Of a stretch of 64,000 nt of DNA, positions 19,282-29,334 are shown piece by piece. The DNA comes from Eubacteriales bacterium (lineage in GTDB: Bacteria > Bacillota > Clostridia > Oscillospirales > CAG-272), in the NCBI GenBank assembly GCA_045645205.1, contig JAZRIJ010000078.1:949-64948 (forward strand). The letters are read 5' to 3'. The first letter of the stretch is position 1; every line of letters begins with the position of its first letter. Both the position numbers and the translations under genes were made by a program. Below the pieces are notes generated by a model. The model ran no database searches and was not told the origin of the DNA. It saw only the letters and a list, made by a program, of their open reading frames with translations.

Positions 19282-21207
19282 ATGAAAAAAAACCAGAACA
19301 AGAAAAACAAAAAACTGCCCGACCTTAAGGCAGTAAACACAATTTATTATACTAAAAAACCCGAGGCTCTGCTTCCTACTGATTTCGTTCCCGATAAAGT
19401 CAACCAAAAAACACTTGACAGAGCTTACTCCCTGTTAAAGACCTATAAGGCAGGAAAAACAAACCTCGAAAAGCGTATTACCGAAAACGACCTTTGGTGG
19501 AAAATGCGCCACTGGGAACAGATACGCGACAGACAGAGAAAGTATAACCCTGCATCCGCTTGGCTGTTCAATGCTATTGCAAACAAGCACGCAGACGTTA
19601 TGGACAACTGCCCCGAGGGTATTGTTTTGCCCCGTGAAAAAAGCGACTCCGAGGCGGCAAAACAGCTTACCGATATTTTGCCTGTTATACTAGAGCAGAA
19701 CAATTTTGAGGAAACATATTCTGACGTTTGGTATGACAAGCTTAAGGGCGGTACAGGGGTTTACGGTGTATTCTGGAACCCCTCTTTAAACAACGGTACC
19801 GGAGATATTTCAATAAACCGATGCGATGTATTAAATCTCTTCTGGGAGCCGGGTGTTTCGGATATTCAAAAATCCCCCAATTTGTTTTATGTTGAACTGT
19901 TCAACAATGATGAGCTTGAAGCTAAATACCCCTCTTTGCACGGCAAACTGGGAGCATCTGCTTTTGATGTTACGCGTTATTGCTATGACGATGCGGTGGA
20001 TACAAGCAATAAGACCCCCGTTATCGACTGGTATTACAAAGTCAACACCAACGGAAAAACAACCCTGCATCTGTGTAAATTCTGCGCTGATGAAATACTC
20101 TACGCCTCAGAAAATGATGTTGCGCTTTACAAGAAGGGATATTACGACCATGGACTTTATCCATTTGTTTTTGATAAACTATTTACAGAACAGGGTACAC
20201 CCTGCGGCTTCGGTTACATAGACATTATGAAGGATACTCAGACTCAAATTGACCTAATGAGCGCCTCGGTGTGCGAAAATATACGTATGGCTTCAACGGT
20301 CCGTTATTTTGCAAGAGGAGACGGCTCGGTTAACGAAAAAGAGTTTGCCGACTGGTCAAACCCCATTGTTCACTATACAGGCTCGGGTAACCCGAATGAC
20401 AGTATGATTCCCATTAACATTCCCGAAGTCTCTTCACTCTCTGTATCTTTTATCAACAACAAAATAAACGAGCTGAAAGAAACATCGGGTAACTCCGATT
20501 TTACGAGGGGCAACACAGCGTCCGGCGTTACGGCGGCATCGGCTATCGCGGCATTACAGGAGTCGGGAAGTAAACTCTCACGTGATATGATAAAAGGCTC
20601 ATACCGTATTTTTATCACCATAAACAATATTATTATCGAGCTTATCAGGCAGTTCTATGACCTGCCCCGTTGCTTCCGCATAACAGGAACAAACGGTGAA
20701 TATGAGTTTGTTTCCTACAGCAACGAAAAACTTCTCCCTGCCGCTATGGGCAATTCCTTCGGTGTTGATCTTGGTTCGCGTCTGCCCATGTTTGATATTA
20801 AAGTAAAAGTCCAGAAGCAGTCGGCATTTACAAAGCTCTCGCAAAACGAGCTTGCAAAAGAGTTCTACCGCCTCGGCTTTTTTGAGCCGTCCAGAGCTGA
20901 ACAGACATTGGCTTGTCTCGATATGATGGAATTTGAGGGCAAACAGCTTGTAGCTGAAAAGATTAATGAGAAAAACGCTCTTGCAAACAACTATTCGGAA
21001 ATGCACTCAAAGCTTCTTGAGCTGGCTTCAATAGTAGAAAAAGACCATCCCGAACTGAGAGGTCTTTACGACGGCTATGCCGCAAAATATGCCTTAAATA
21101 CAAGTAATGTTACCCCTTTATCTTCGGGCAATTACCAAACAAAAAAGGCTGTCTCACGTATGGATGCCGCAAGACAAAGAGCCGCGTCCACCGCATCTCC
21201 GAGGTGA
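19282..21207 (+). CDS. Putative phage portal protein
   Basis: 641 aa with no P-loop, so it is not a terminase. Size and position fit a portal preceding scaffold and capsid. The call is by context only. Confidence 0.45.
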   Translation: MKKNQNKKNKKLPDLKAVNTIYYTKKPEALLPTDFVPDKVNQKTLDRAYSLLKTYKAGKTNLEKRITENDLWWKMRHWEQIRDRQRKYNPASAWLFNAIANKHADVMDNCPEGIVLPREKSDSEAAKQLTDILPVILEQNNFEETYSDVWYDKLKGGTGVYGVFWNPSLNNGTGDISINRCDVLNLFWEPGVSDIQKSPNLFYVELFNNDELEAKYPSLHGKLGASAFDVTRYCYDDAVDTSNKTPVIDWYYKVNTNGKTTLHLCKFCADEILYASENDVALYKKGYYDHGLYPFVFDKLFTEQGTPCGFGYIDIMKDTQTQIDLMSASVCENIRMASTVRYFARGDGSVNEKEFADWSNPIVHYTGSGNPNDSMIPINIPEVSSLSVSFINNKINELKETSGNSDFTRGNTASGVTAASAIAALQESGSKLSRDMIKGSYRIFITINNIIIELIRQFYDLPRCFRITGTNGEYEFVSYSNEKLLPAAMGNSFGVDLGSRLPMFDIKVKVQKQSAFTKLSQNELAKEFYRLGFFEPSRAEQTLACLDMMEFEGKQLVAEKINEKNALANNYSEMHSKLLELASIVEKDHPELRGLYDGYAAKYALNTSNVTPLSSGNYQTKKAVSRMDAARQRAASTASPR

Positions 21208-21557
21208 TATTCTTGGCAGAACGCAGAATGTTTTCCAAAACCATCATCGACAGCGATGAATTTCTTGATATGCCTCTGTCGGCTCAGGCATTGTATTTTC
21301 ACATTTCTGTCCGAGCCGATGATGACGGATTCGTTAACAACATAAGAAAGATCCAACGTATTATCGGCGCTGCAGACGATGACTTCAGAATACTCTGTTC
21401 AAGGGGATTTATTATCCCCTTTGATACAGGGATAGTGGTCATAACACATTGGCGTATACACAACTATATACGCTCCGACAGATATAAATCCACTGTCTAT
21501 TTATATGAGCGTAATATGCTTTATCTCACAGAAAACAACTCCTATGAGCTTCGCTAA
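21204..21557 (+). CDS. Phage replisome organizer N-terminal domain protein (short or truncated)
   Basis: MFSKTIIDSDEFLDMPLSAQALYFHISVRADDDGFVNN...ITHWRIHNYIRSDRYK matches the pattern I recall for Phage_rep_org_N / DnaD-like replication proteins. At 117 aa it has only the N-terminal domain. Confidence 0.55.
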   Translation: MIFLAERRMFSKTIIDSDEFLDMPLSAQALYFHISVRADDDGFVNNIRKIQRIIGAADDDFRILCSRGFIIPFDTGIVVITHWRIHNYIRSDRYKSTVYLYERNMLYLTENNSYELR

Positions 21558-21582
21558 AAATATAGTAACTTTGGTATACCTC

Positions 21583-21736
21583 ATGACACACCAACGGTAT
21601 ACCCAGTATAGTATAGATTAAATAAGTACAGTATAGGTCAGTATAATATAGTATAGTATATATGAAGTCGAGGATATTCCGTCAACCAAACCGCTCGATT
21701 TTCAACACACTTTTCAACACACTTTTCAACACTTCA
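21583..21736 (+). repeat. Iteron-like repeat cluster (possible phage ori)
   Basis: ggtatacc occurs twice and cagtata/agtata many times. The 12-nt unit ttttcaacacac is repeated about 2.8 times in tandem (21699-21736). Confidence 0.6.
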
Positions 21737-21776
21737 TTTTTTTACAAATACTCTATTCGGTCTACAGCTTTTCCTC

Positions 21777-22283
21777 CTATATGTATTGGTATAACTTTTT
21801 TATGCTTTTTTTGTCAAGCTGTGTATAGTCCGGTATCTCGTATCGGTTGTCGTTTCTGTCTCTTATAAGAATTCTGTTTCCGTATATCTTCTTAATATCG
21901 TAATGTCGGTTCTTTATGGCAAATTTTACACTGCCCTTGTCGGTCTCAACATTAAGGTTCAGTACCCCGAATTTATCAATTACCTCATTTATAGCTGTTA
22001 TCTTTGGCATAAAATAATATTCATTAAGCGCTTGTTCTATCACTTTTTTTGAGTCGGGCATCAAAGTATCAATATTTCTTATTATTGCCCTTTCATGACC
22101 GGTTTCATCAATCAATGATATATACCTGTTCTCTCCCGTCATGGGAAACAATCGTTTGGGCGTTAAATTTTTTACGGTTTCTCCGCCGTATATCTCCATA
22201 TCCACCGAGCAAAAACCCGCATCCGTAAAACGTACGGTATCACCTTCAACATAGTTTCTTGCCATTATATTCACCTCACTCAA
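21777..22283 (-). CDS. DUF1854-like protein
   Basis: 168 aa with RLFPMTG...ISL.DE.G.E and IRDRNDNRYEIPD motifs recalled from DUF1854. It overlaps the upstream ABC gene by 8 nt. Confidence 0.55.
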   Translation of the reverse strand: MSEVNIMARNYVEGDTVRFTDAGFCSVDMEIYGGETVKNLTPKRLFPMTGENRYISLIDETGHERAIIRNIDTLMPDSKKVIEQALNEYYFMPKITAINEVIDKFGVLNLNVETDKGSVKFAIKNRHYDIKKIYGNRILIRDRNDNRYEIPDYTQLDKKSIKKLYQYI

Positions 22284-24516
22284 AACGCTCTTCCTGCTTT
22301 GACGCTCTTATCTTATCCGACATTGACTGTATCTCGACAAGCTTGTAATATTTGCCCTTTTGCTTCATAAGCTCCTCGGGAGTTCCGCACTCTATTATCT
22401 CGCCGTTGTCAAGAACGACAATCTTGTTTGCCATACTCAAAGTCGAAAGTCTGTGCGCTATCATTATCGTAGTTCTTCCGCCGATAAGCTGTTCTATAGC
22501 TGACTGAATATGATGCTCAGTCTCCGAGTCTACTGAGGCTGTCGCCTCGTCAAACACCAGCACAGAGGGGTTTTTCAAAACTGCTCTTGCAATAGAAAGC
22601 CTCTGCTTTTCGCCTCCCGAAAGTCCTACGCCCCTTTCACCGAGAACAGAATCATATCCGTCAGGCTGTCTTACGATAAAGTCGTGTGCGTGCGCTATTT
22701 CTGCGGCATTTATTACCTGCTCAACTTGAGCATCAGCCGCACCGAAAGCAATATTGTTAAATATAGTATCGTGGAACATCATAGGTTCCTGCTGTACATA
22801 GCCTATCTGTGAACGGAACCACTCCATATCTATATCCTGTATGTTCTGTCCGTCGAGCAATATCTCGCCGTCATACGCATCATAGTAACGTAAAAACAAG
22901 TTTACGAGGGTGGATTTACCGCTTCCCGTCGTTCCGACTATACCGACAACATCACCCTCCTCTATGGTCAGATTTATATTCTTCAATATTTTCTTTGCCT
23001 TGTCAAATGAGAAGTTTACATTTTTAAATTCTATCTTTCCCTTTGTGGCAGTTGACGGTATATTGCCCTTTCCGAAATCCCTTTCGGGTTCGGCATCAAT
23101 TATATCAAACAATCTCTCCGCCGCTGCAACAGCGCTTTGATATGTATCACTTAAATTTGCAAAAAAGTTTACGGGGACATAGAACATTGACGTATATGAG
23201 ATAAATGACATAAGCAGACCGAGGGATATACCTGTTCCGGATATGACCTGTAACCCGCCTATTCCCCATATAAGCAGTGAGCCGCAGGTTACAAAAAATG
23301 ATATTATCTGCGGAAATGTTACGATTATCTTAGCTCCGCTCTTGTCCACCTCAAACCATTCGTTAGTATGAGCCTTGAAATTTTCAACGGCACGCTTTTC
23401 GCTTGTAAATGATTTTATAACACGCACACCCGGTATTGTATCTGACAAAAGTCCGGAAACCGCTGAACGTCTCCGCCAGATGCGTCTGTAATACGGCAAT
23501 ATCTTCCGAGAAAACTTTCTTGCCATAAATGCAACAAACGGTACGGGTATAAGCGAAAGCATGGTCAGCTTCCAGTCCATTGTAAGCATTATTATTACTA
23601 TACCCACAAGAGTAAACAACTGTACGATAACCTCTTGAGTTACTCGCAACATAAATGCCTGAAGAGTGTTTGTATCGCTGTTTATTCTGTTTATAACCGA
23701 ACCGGTCGAGGTCTTATCATAAAAAGACATGGGCAAATATTGAGCCTTTTCGTAAACCTCGTTACGCAGGGATAACAATATCTTGTGTCCGCTTATACGA
23801 AGCATATAATTTTTTACAGCCGCAAGCAGATAATGCGTCAAATGCGCCGCCAGAAGAAGCAGTACCACAGTTAACAGCTTTTTGTGGTTCTGATTTTTTA
23901 TAACGTCGTCAACAAGCATCTTTGTCAGATATGGCGGAAGCAGGTTTACTGCCGTTACTATCGCCGACAAAAGCAGTGAAAATGCCAAAATATACTTTTG
24001 AGGGGCTAAATGCTTGGAAAACTTTTGTATAAGCTTATGCTTGGAATTACAGTTCAAGCACTCGGCATCGGGAGACTTCAGCGCTCTGCCGCACTTGGAG
24101 CAAGAGGTGTGCTGTTTTTGATACACTGACTCCAGTATCTCATACTGTTCTTTCCTGTCCTGTCCTTTTTTTACGTTGTTGATATATTCCGAAGCCGAAT
24201 CGCAAAGAGAGAGTACATCATTTGAAAAACGGAATATCAGCCTGTCTGTTTCGCCATCATTTTTTATACGCAAAGCAGAGTTTCCGTACATTCTCTTTAT
24301 GTATAGCTTTTCAAAAGAGTCAATTATATACTCTTCCGTTTTACCCGACTCATATACAATTATTCGGGTATCGGTCGCCGCAAGATAACATTCGTCATAT
24401 TCGGCGGTCCTCTTCATTGTGCTCGATATGATAAAGATCAAGCCTTCATTTCCCGCCGCAGTGTCAAGCGCATTTCTTGCCTGTTCGTTAATACTGCCTA
24501 AAGTCAGTTCCTTCAT
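22276..24516 (-). CDS. ABC exporter (fused permease/ATPase) with N-terminal ~170-aa extension
   Basis: Has six TM segments, Walker A GTTGSGKST, signature LSGGEKQR and Walker B VLVFDEATS. The N-terminal extension contains a zinc-ribbon-like CSKCGR...CLNC. Confidence 0.85.
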   Translation of the reverse strand: MKELTLGSINEQARNALDTAAGNEGLIFIISSTMKRTAEYDECYLAATDTRIIVYESGKTEEYIIDSFEKLYIKRMYGNSALRIKNDGETDRLIFRFSNDVLSLCDSASEYINNVKKGQDRKEQYEILESVYQKQHTSCSKCGRALKSPDAECLNCNSKHKLIQKFSKHLAPQKYILAFSLLLSAIVTAVNLLPPYLTKMLVDDVIKNQNHKKLLTVVLLLLAAHLTHYLLAAVKNYMLRISGHKILLSLRNEVYEKAQYLPMSFYDKTSTGSVINRINSDTNTLQAFMLRVTQEVIVQLFTLVGIVIIMLTMDWKLTMLSLIPVPFVAFMARKFSRKILPYYRRIWRRRSAVSGLLSDTIPGVRVIKSFTSEKRAVENFKAHTNEWFEVDKSGAKIIVTFPQIISFFVTCGSLLIWGIGGLQVISGTGISLGLLMSFISYTSMFYVPVNFFANLSDTYQSAVAAAERLFDIIDAEPERDFGKGNIPSTATKGKIEFKNVNFSFDKAKKILKNINLTIEEGDVVGIVGTTGSGKSTLVNLFLRYYDAYDGEILLDGQNIQDIDMEWFRSQIGYVQQEPMMFHDTIFNNIAFGAADAQVEQVINAAEIAHAHDFIVRQPDGYDSVLGERGVGLSGGEKQRLSIARAVLKNPSVLVFDEATASVDSETEHHIQSAIEQLIGGRTTIMIAHRLSTLSMANKIVVLDNGEIIECGTPEELMKQKGKYYKLVEIQSMSDKIRASKQEERFE

Positions 24517-24819
24517 ACTTTTTTCCTCCCTCTTTTCACAGAGCTAAATCGGTATGATTTTTATAACAAAAAAACAGCCGACACCGTTTTATGAACGACG
24601 CCGACCTACGAAACACCGTTTTTTTACAACGATCCCTCAAAATCATCTCTTTTTTTCACTTTCTAATAAACCCAAATAAGTGTTTGTCATTCTTTCAAAC
24701 CTCTTACTCTTCGTCTATTGTTCACAACGTACTTGCACACATTTTATAACACGCTCCTGCATTTGTCAATAATTTCAGGAAAATTTTTGTATTTTTTTGT
24801 TGTAAAAACATAAGACTCC

Positions 24820-24992
24820 ATGAGATCCTTCGACTCCGAGGGCGTTGCCCTCTCCGCTCAGGATGACGATAGGGGGAATGTTCCTTTGCTCAGGATGACG
24901 AGCATAGGTTGGTCATTTTGAGCGAGCAACGCATACTAACGTCTTTTAATCAAACTTTAAGGCGAGTCGAAAAATCCCATTAAGTTTTTGCA
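24820..24992 (+). repeat. Intergenic repeat family A copy (A1-A1'-A2)
   Basis: Direct repeat of 25759-25932. It abuts the stop of the 172-aa gene. Confidence 0.9.
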
Positions 24993-24995
24993 TTA

Positions 24996-25514
24996 TTAAT
25001 CAAAAAATATTCTTTTGTAAAACCTTTTTTTCTTTGCCCTGCGATATACTTCAAACTTATCATCATTCATATCAAAAGCTAATTTTATTGTCAATAAATC
25101 GGGGTGTTCTTCGTCCTTTCCAAAAAATACACAGTGCGTATTGTACATAATAAAAAATAAATCTCTGCCGTCTTCATGTGTAAGAGTGAGACTGGAAAAT
25201 CTGAGTGTAACATACAAAATATTATCCACATACATTATTTCGGTATCAACCTTATTTCTTTCCCCAAATCTTAAACCGGCAAATGCAACTACCTCACCAT
25301 TAGGATTTAAAGCGGTTATATCATCAAGAATTTCTATCTTGCTCGTCTTAAGCTTATTAATATAATCATATTCGTCAAGCATTTCAGGGGTAAATGACAA
25401 ATTGTCTTTAAAATACTTATCATATAGTTTCGGTCTTTCTGCAAAGGATACATCATCATATTTTTCAAAGTAAACACCGCAGCGTTCTTTGGTCTTAAAT
25501 TTATTGTTTTCCAT
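24996..25514 (-). CDS. Hypothetical protein (orphan)
   Basis: 172 aa with a GGAGGGAAAG RBS upstream. I recognise no motif. Confidence 0.6.
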   Translation of the reverse strand: MENNKFKTKERCGVYFEKYDDVSFAERPKLYDKYFKDNLSFTPEMLDEYDYINKLKTSKIEILDDITALNPNGEVVAFAGLRFGERNKVDTEIMYVDNILYVTLRFSSLTLTHEDGRDLFFIMYNTHCVFFGKDEEHPDLLTIKLAFDMNDDKFEVYRRAKKKRFYKRIFFD

Positions 25515-25706
25515 ATTCTTTCCCTCCTGAATAACAAAAAAGTGCGCCCCAAGAGGAACGCACCGAAAAAGTGTTTTCCTCTATAGCTGCTACGCAATCT
25601 CATTTCACAACTCAGGAATGAGCAAAGAGAGAAAACACCTTTTTCCGAAGGTATTTTCCCCGAGTTGTGAAAAAATATGAAATTACGTAGCGAGAACATT
25701 ATACCA
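25515..25706 (-). promoter_or_regulatory. Structured 5' leader with extended -10 promoter and intrinsic terminator (candidate attenuator/riboswitch)
   Basis: On the minus strand: TGgTATAAT at 25698-25706. Long-range pairings are gctacg/cgtagc and cacaactc/gagttgtg. A hairpin gtgcg/cgcac plus U6 (25536-25564) follows, about 20 nt before the RBS. Confidence 0.45.
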
Positions 25707-25758
25707 TATACAGAAAAATTATGCAAGAGTTTTTGTAATTAAAAAAGCACAAACTTTT

Positions 25759-25932
25759 ATGAGATCCTTCGACTACGAGGGCGTTGCCCTCTTCGCTCAG
25801 GATGACGATAGGGGGAATGTTCCTACGCTCAGGATGATGAGCACACCTCAGTCATTTTGAGCGAGCCTACGCATACTAACGTCTTTTCACCAAACTTTAC
25901 GGCGAGTCGAAAAATCCCATGAAGTTTTTGCA
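25759..25932 (+). repeat. Intergenic repeat family A copy (A1-A1'-A2)
   Basis: Direct repeat of 24820-24992. Confidence 0.9.
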
Positions 25933-25972
25933 GACTTCACCTCTATGTACTTGCAAATAGTTTGCACTCACT

Positions 25973-26102
25973 CCTTGCCCTCTCCTGTCGGAACAGCAAA
26001 TCGGCGGTGCGGTGGAAACGGACTATGCCAAGCCTTCTCCAGTGGGAGAAGGTGTCGAGGCGAGGTAGAACGGCGGGAGCAAGCCCCCGCCCTACAGTCA
26101 AC
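25973..26102 (+). repeat. Intergenic repeat family B copy (with inserted hairpin module)
   Basis: Shares both ends with 19018-19093. It also contains the 36-nt agccttctccagtgggagaaggtgtcgaggcgaggt, whose exact reverse complement lies at 62798-62833. Confidence 0.85.
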
Positions 26103-26321
26103 AAATATTATTCTGTAAATAATATTATCTTATTTGGGGCGGCAAGGGCGACGACCGCCGTACAATTGAAATTTTTTGCATATAAAATGATACATTCAAA
26201 AAATTTTTTTATTTTTTTGTTTTTAACTCTACTTTGGGGAGAGAAAAATTAAAACTTGTAGTATAATGTCTACCGAGATAACACAAAAACACTCTGACAC
26301 TTCGGAAAGGAACGATGAACT

Positions 26322-27140
26322 ATGAAAAACAAAAACACAATCCTACGGCTTTCACTTCAGTTTTTTGCTTCGGATGATGTTTCTGCAGAAACTATTGTCC
26401 AAGACGGCGTCGCATCGCCGCAAGCAGAGGTTGATACGGAACAGGCTTCTGCCGATGTTTCTACAGACGGCAATCAGCTCGAGGAAGAATTCGAAAAGCT
26501 CATCAAGGGCGGAAAGTATGAAAACGCTTTCAAGAAACGCACTCAAAGCATTATTGACAAGCGGTTCAGAAACTTGAAGACCATTGAGGCTATTCAGGCA
26601 AAACAGCAGCCTGTTATCGATTTTCTCTCCGCAAAGTACGGAATCGACTCCTCGAACCCCTCGCTTCTGCTTGAAAAGATGCAGAATGAAAGCAAGACTG
26701 ACTCTGAAAGCCTAATGGATAACGCGGAAATGCGCGACACGCAGACCAGAGAACAGCTTATCTCCGAGAAAGCAGATATGCTCTCAAAACGTTGGACTGT
26801 CGAAGGCCAAGAGCTGAAAAAGATTTTTCCTACCTTTGACTTTAAGACTGAGCTGAAAAATCCGGCCTTTGCCTCTCTGCTTAAAAGCGGTATGCCTTTA
26901 AGAAAAGCTTACACCGCCGTTCACTCAGATGAGCTTATCAGAAATGCTGTATCCGGAACAGCAAAAAAGGTTGCGGAACAAACTCTCAAGAGTATTCGCG
27001 CACAGGGCAACCGCGTTGCCGAAAACGGACTTCACAACGGTGCGGGAATTGTCCGTAAGACAGATGTTTCTTCTCTTACCGGAAAAGAAATCAGGTCTAT
27101 CTTAAAGCAAGTCGAAAACGGAAGCAGAATCAGATTCTGA
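26322..27140 (+). CDS. Phage scaffolding protein
   Basis: The N-terminal ..LSLQFFA.. motif is typical of phage scaffold or head-maturation proteins. The protein is acidic and helical and lies immediately upstream of the capsid gene. Confidence 0.6.
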   Translation: MKNKNTILRLSLQFFASDDVSAETIVQDGVASPQAEVDTEQASADVSTDGNQLEEEFEKLIKGGKYENAFKKRTQSIIDKRFRNLKTIEAIQAKQQPVIDFLSAKYGIDSSNPSLLLEKMQNESKTDSESLMDNAEMRDTQTREQLISEKADMLSKRWTVEGQELKKIFPTFDFKTELKNPAFASLLKSGMPLRKAYTAVHSDELIRNAVSGTAKKVAEQTLKSIRAQGNRVAENGLHNGAGIVRKTDVSSLTGKEIRSILKQVENGSRIRF

Positions 27141-27221
27141 GTTTTCTTCCAAATTCCATGCCTTATGGGGCAACTGCTCCTGCACCAAAAATTTTTTTGA
27201 TGAAAAGGAGATAAAAACACT

Positions 27222-28556
27222 ATGGCAGATACTACAACTTTTGGCGCAAACACCGCAATTCATGCAACCGACGGCTTAGTTAACTCTACTTCCGGCGTTA
27301 CCGAAAGCTACAACGGCGGCGGTCTTTCCGCCGAGATGAAAACCTTTTATGACAAGACTCTTATTGAATTTGCAACTCCGAACCTTGTTCACACACAGTT
27401 CGGTCAGAAAAGACCTATCCCCGCTCACGGCGGTAAGACTGTTGAGTTCCGCAGAATGAAGCCTTTGGCTAAAAATCTCAACAGCATTACAGAGGGTATT
27501 ACTCCTGCAGGAACAAAAATGACCGTTGTTCCCCTCACCGCTACACTCAACCAGTACGGTGATTACATTGAGCAGACAGACCTTATCGAAATGACCGCTA
27601 TTGACAACACGGTTATTGAAGCAACAAAGCTTCTCGCTGACCAGGCGGGAAGAACGATCGACACTGTAGTTCGTGATGTTCTCCAGACAGGTACAAACGT
27701 CAACTACTGCTCCCCAAATAACAGTACAGGCTATGTTACGGCTACATCACGCGCACATCTTGACGAAACCGCAAAACTCCGTGTTATTGATGTTTTCAAA
27801 GCTGCCGCGCAGCTTAAAGCAGCAAATGCCCCCTCTATTGACGGCAAGTATGTGGCTATAATTCATCCCCACGTTGCTTTTGACCTTATGCAAGAATCGG
27901 GCGATTCTTGGATCGATATAAAAAAATATGCCGAACCCGAAAAGATACTTAACGGCGAGCTTGGTACTCTCGGCGGCGTAAGATTTGTCGAATCGTCCGA
28001 AGCTAAGATAAACTACGGAAGCGACCTTACATCCTCTTCCCGTACTCTTACACCCTCTGCATACGTAACAAACAGCGAAGCCGGTACTTCCAATGACTGC
28101 GGTTCTCCCTCTCCCTATCAGATTACTGTTAAGGAGTCTATCAAGTCCTCGCTCGTCGGCAGAACGCTTCAGTACTACGATGCTTCAACCGATAGCTGCG
28201 TCAACTTTAAGGTTACCGGTATAAACACAGCTCTGAAATACATCTTTATTGACAGAGATATTGGCATTACCTATGCGGCGGGCGACCTGCTCTACCCCGG
28301 AGAAGGCGGAGCTAAAGGTATGGCTTCATACTCCACAATCTTCCTTGGCCGTGATGCCTACGGTATTATCGACATTAACGGCTCCGGTACAATCGAGCAT
28401 ATCATTAAACAGAGAGGCTACGGCAATGACCCTCTTAACCAGAGATCTTCTGTGGGCTGGAAAGCATTTATGTGCGCCGCCATTCTCGCTGACGATTATC
28501 TTCTCCGTGTAGAATCAGGCTCTTCATTCTCAAAAGATATTGCCGAGGCAAACTGA
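27222..28556 (+). CDS. Major capsid protein (N4-gp56-like family)
   Basis: 444 aa. The pattern ...LIEFATPNLVHTQFGQKRPIPAHGGKTVEFRRM.PL... fits my recollection of this capsid family. The gene is followed by a strong hairpin. Confidence 0.7.
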   Translation: MADTTTFGANTAIHATDGLVNSTSGVTESYNGGGLSAEMKTFYDKTLIEFATPNLVHTQFGQKRPIPAHGGKTVEFRRMKPLAKNLNSITEGITPAGTKMTVVPLTATLNQYGDYIEQTDLIEMTAIDNTVIEATKLLADQAGRTIDTVVRDVLQTGTNVNYCSPNNSTGYVTATSRAHLDETAKLRVIDVFKAAAQLKAANAPSIDGKYVAIIHPHVAFDLMQESGDSWIDIKKYAEPEKILNGELGTLGGVRFVESSEAKINYGSDLTSSSRTLTPSAYVTNSEAGTSNDCGSPSPYQITVKESIKSSLVGRTLQYYDASTDSCVNFKVTGINTALKYIFIDRDIGITYAAGDLLYPGEGGAKGMASYSTIFLGRDAYGIIDINGSGTIEHIIKQRGYGNDPLNQRSSVGWKAFMCAAILADDYLLRVESGSSFSKDIAEAN

Positions 28557-28595
28557 TTTTTTAACCGTATCAACATTATTTTTTAACAACAAAAA

Positions 28596-28627
28596 GGGGG
28601 ACTTTTTTCAAGATAAGGAAAGTCCCC
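28596..28627 (+). terminator. Hairpin after capsid gene
   Basis: gggggacttt / aaagtcccc stem. The U-tract is weak. Confidence 0.45.
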
Positions 28628-28688
28628 TGTTACTTTAATAAATATACAATTGCTTTTGCTTAAAACAATTTAAAAGGAGAATAAATCT

Positions 28689-28901
28689 ATGAAAAACACA
28701 AACAACGATATGATTCCCATTTTTATTCCCAAACGTTTCAAGGAAGATGATGTGCGCACGGTCTCGGTCAACGGAAAGTATAAAAACATTCCTACGGGAA
28801 AACAGTTTTTTATCGAAAGCTGTTTTGCAGAGGTCGTTAACAACGCTCTCCTTGCAGACGAGCTTGCGGAAAAATTTAAGGCGGAAGTTTGCGGCGAATA
28901 G
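28689..28901 (+). CDS. Hypothetical phage protein
   Basis: 70 aa with an AAGGAGA RBS, within the structural module. Confidence 0.55.
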   Translation: MKNTNNDMIPIFIPKRFKEDDVRTVSVNGKYKNIPTGKQFFIESCFAEVVNNALLADELAEKFKAEVCGE

Positions 28902-28926
28902 ATTTTAGACAGAAAAGAGGATTGTT

Positions 28927-29301
28927 ATGACTCTGAAACAAGCTATTGAAAAATTTAATGCCGAACGCCGAAATAACCTCTCTGTACAAATGAAAACAGA
29001 CTGGTTATCCCATCTTGATTCGGTTATCTTTGAAGAAATAATCTCAACCCACGATAACCCAAAGGGTATAACCTTTTCGCCTTATTCATCTAACACTCCC
29101 GAAAAAACGGTACTGCTTGTTCCCGACCCGTATTCTGATATATATCTGCGATATCTGAGCATGAAAGCCGACCTTTATTATTCGGATATTACCAGATACA
29201 ACAACGACCTTATTCTGTATTCGGCTGCATATACCGATTTTGAAAACTACTATAACAGAACATATATGCCGCTGAAAAAAACGGAGTTCTTCAATGCGTG
29301 A
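28927..29301 (+). CDS. Hypothetical phage protein (possible head-tail adaptor by position)
   Basis: 124 aa with a GAGGATTG RBS. The role is suggested by position only. Confidence 0.5.
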   Translation: MTLKQAIEKFNAERRNNLSVQMKTDWLSHLDSVIFEEIISTHDNPKGITFSPYSSNTPEKTVLLVPDPYSDIYLRYLSMKADLYYSDITRYNNDLILYSAAYTDFENYYNRTYMPLKKTEFFNA

Positions 29302-29334
29302 AGCAGCAAAAAATATATTAATGGGGGTACAACA

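Noticed and set aside
25334-25726. 130-aa minus-strand ORF overlapping the start of the 172-aa gene.
   Set aside because: It overlaps the better-supported gene in another frame and spans a promoter, leader and terminator structure.
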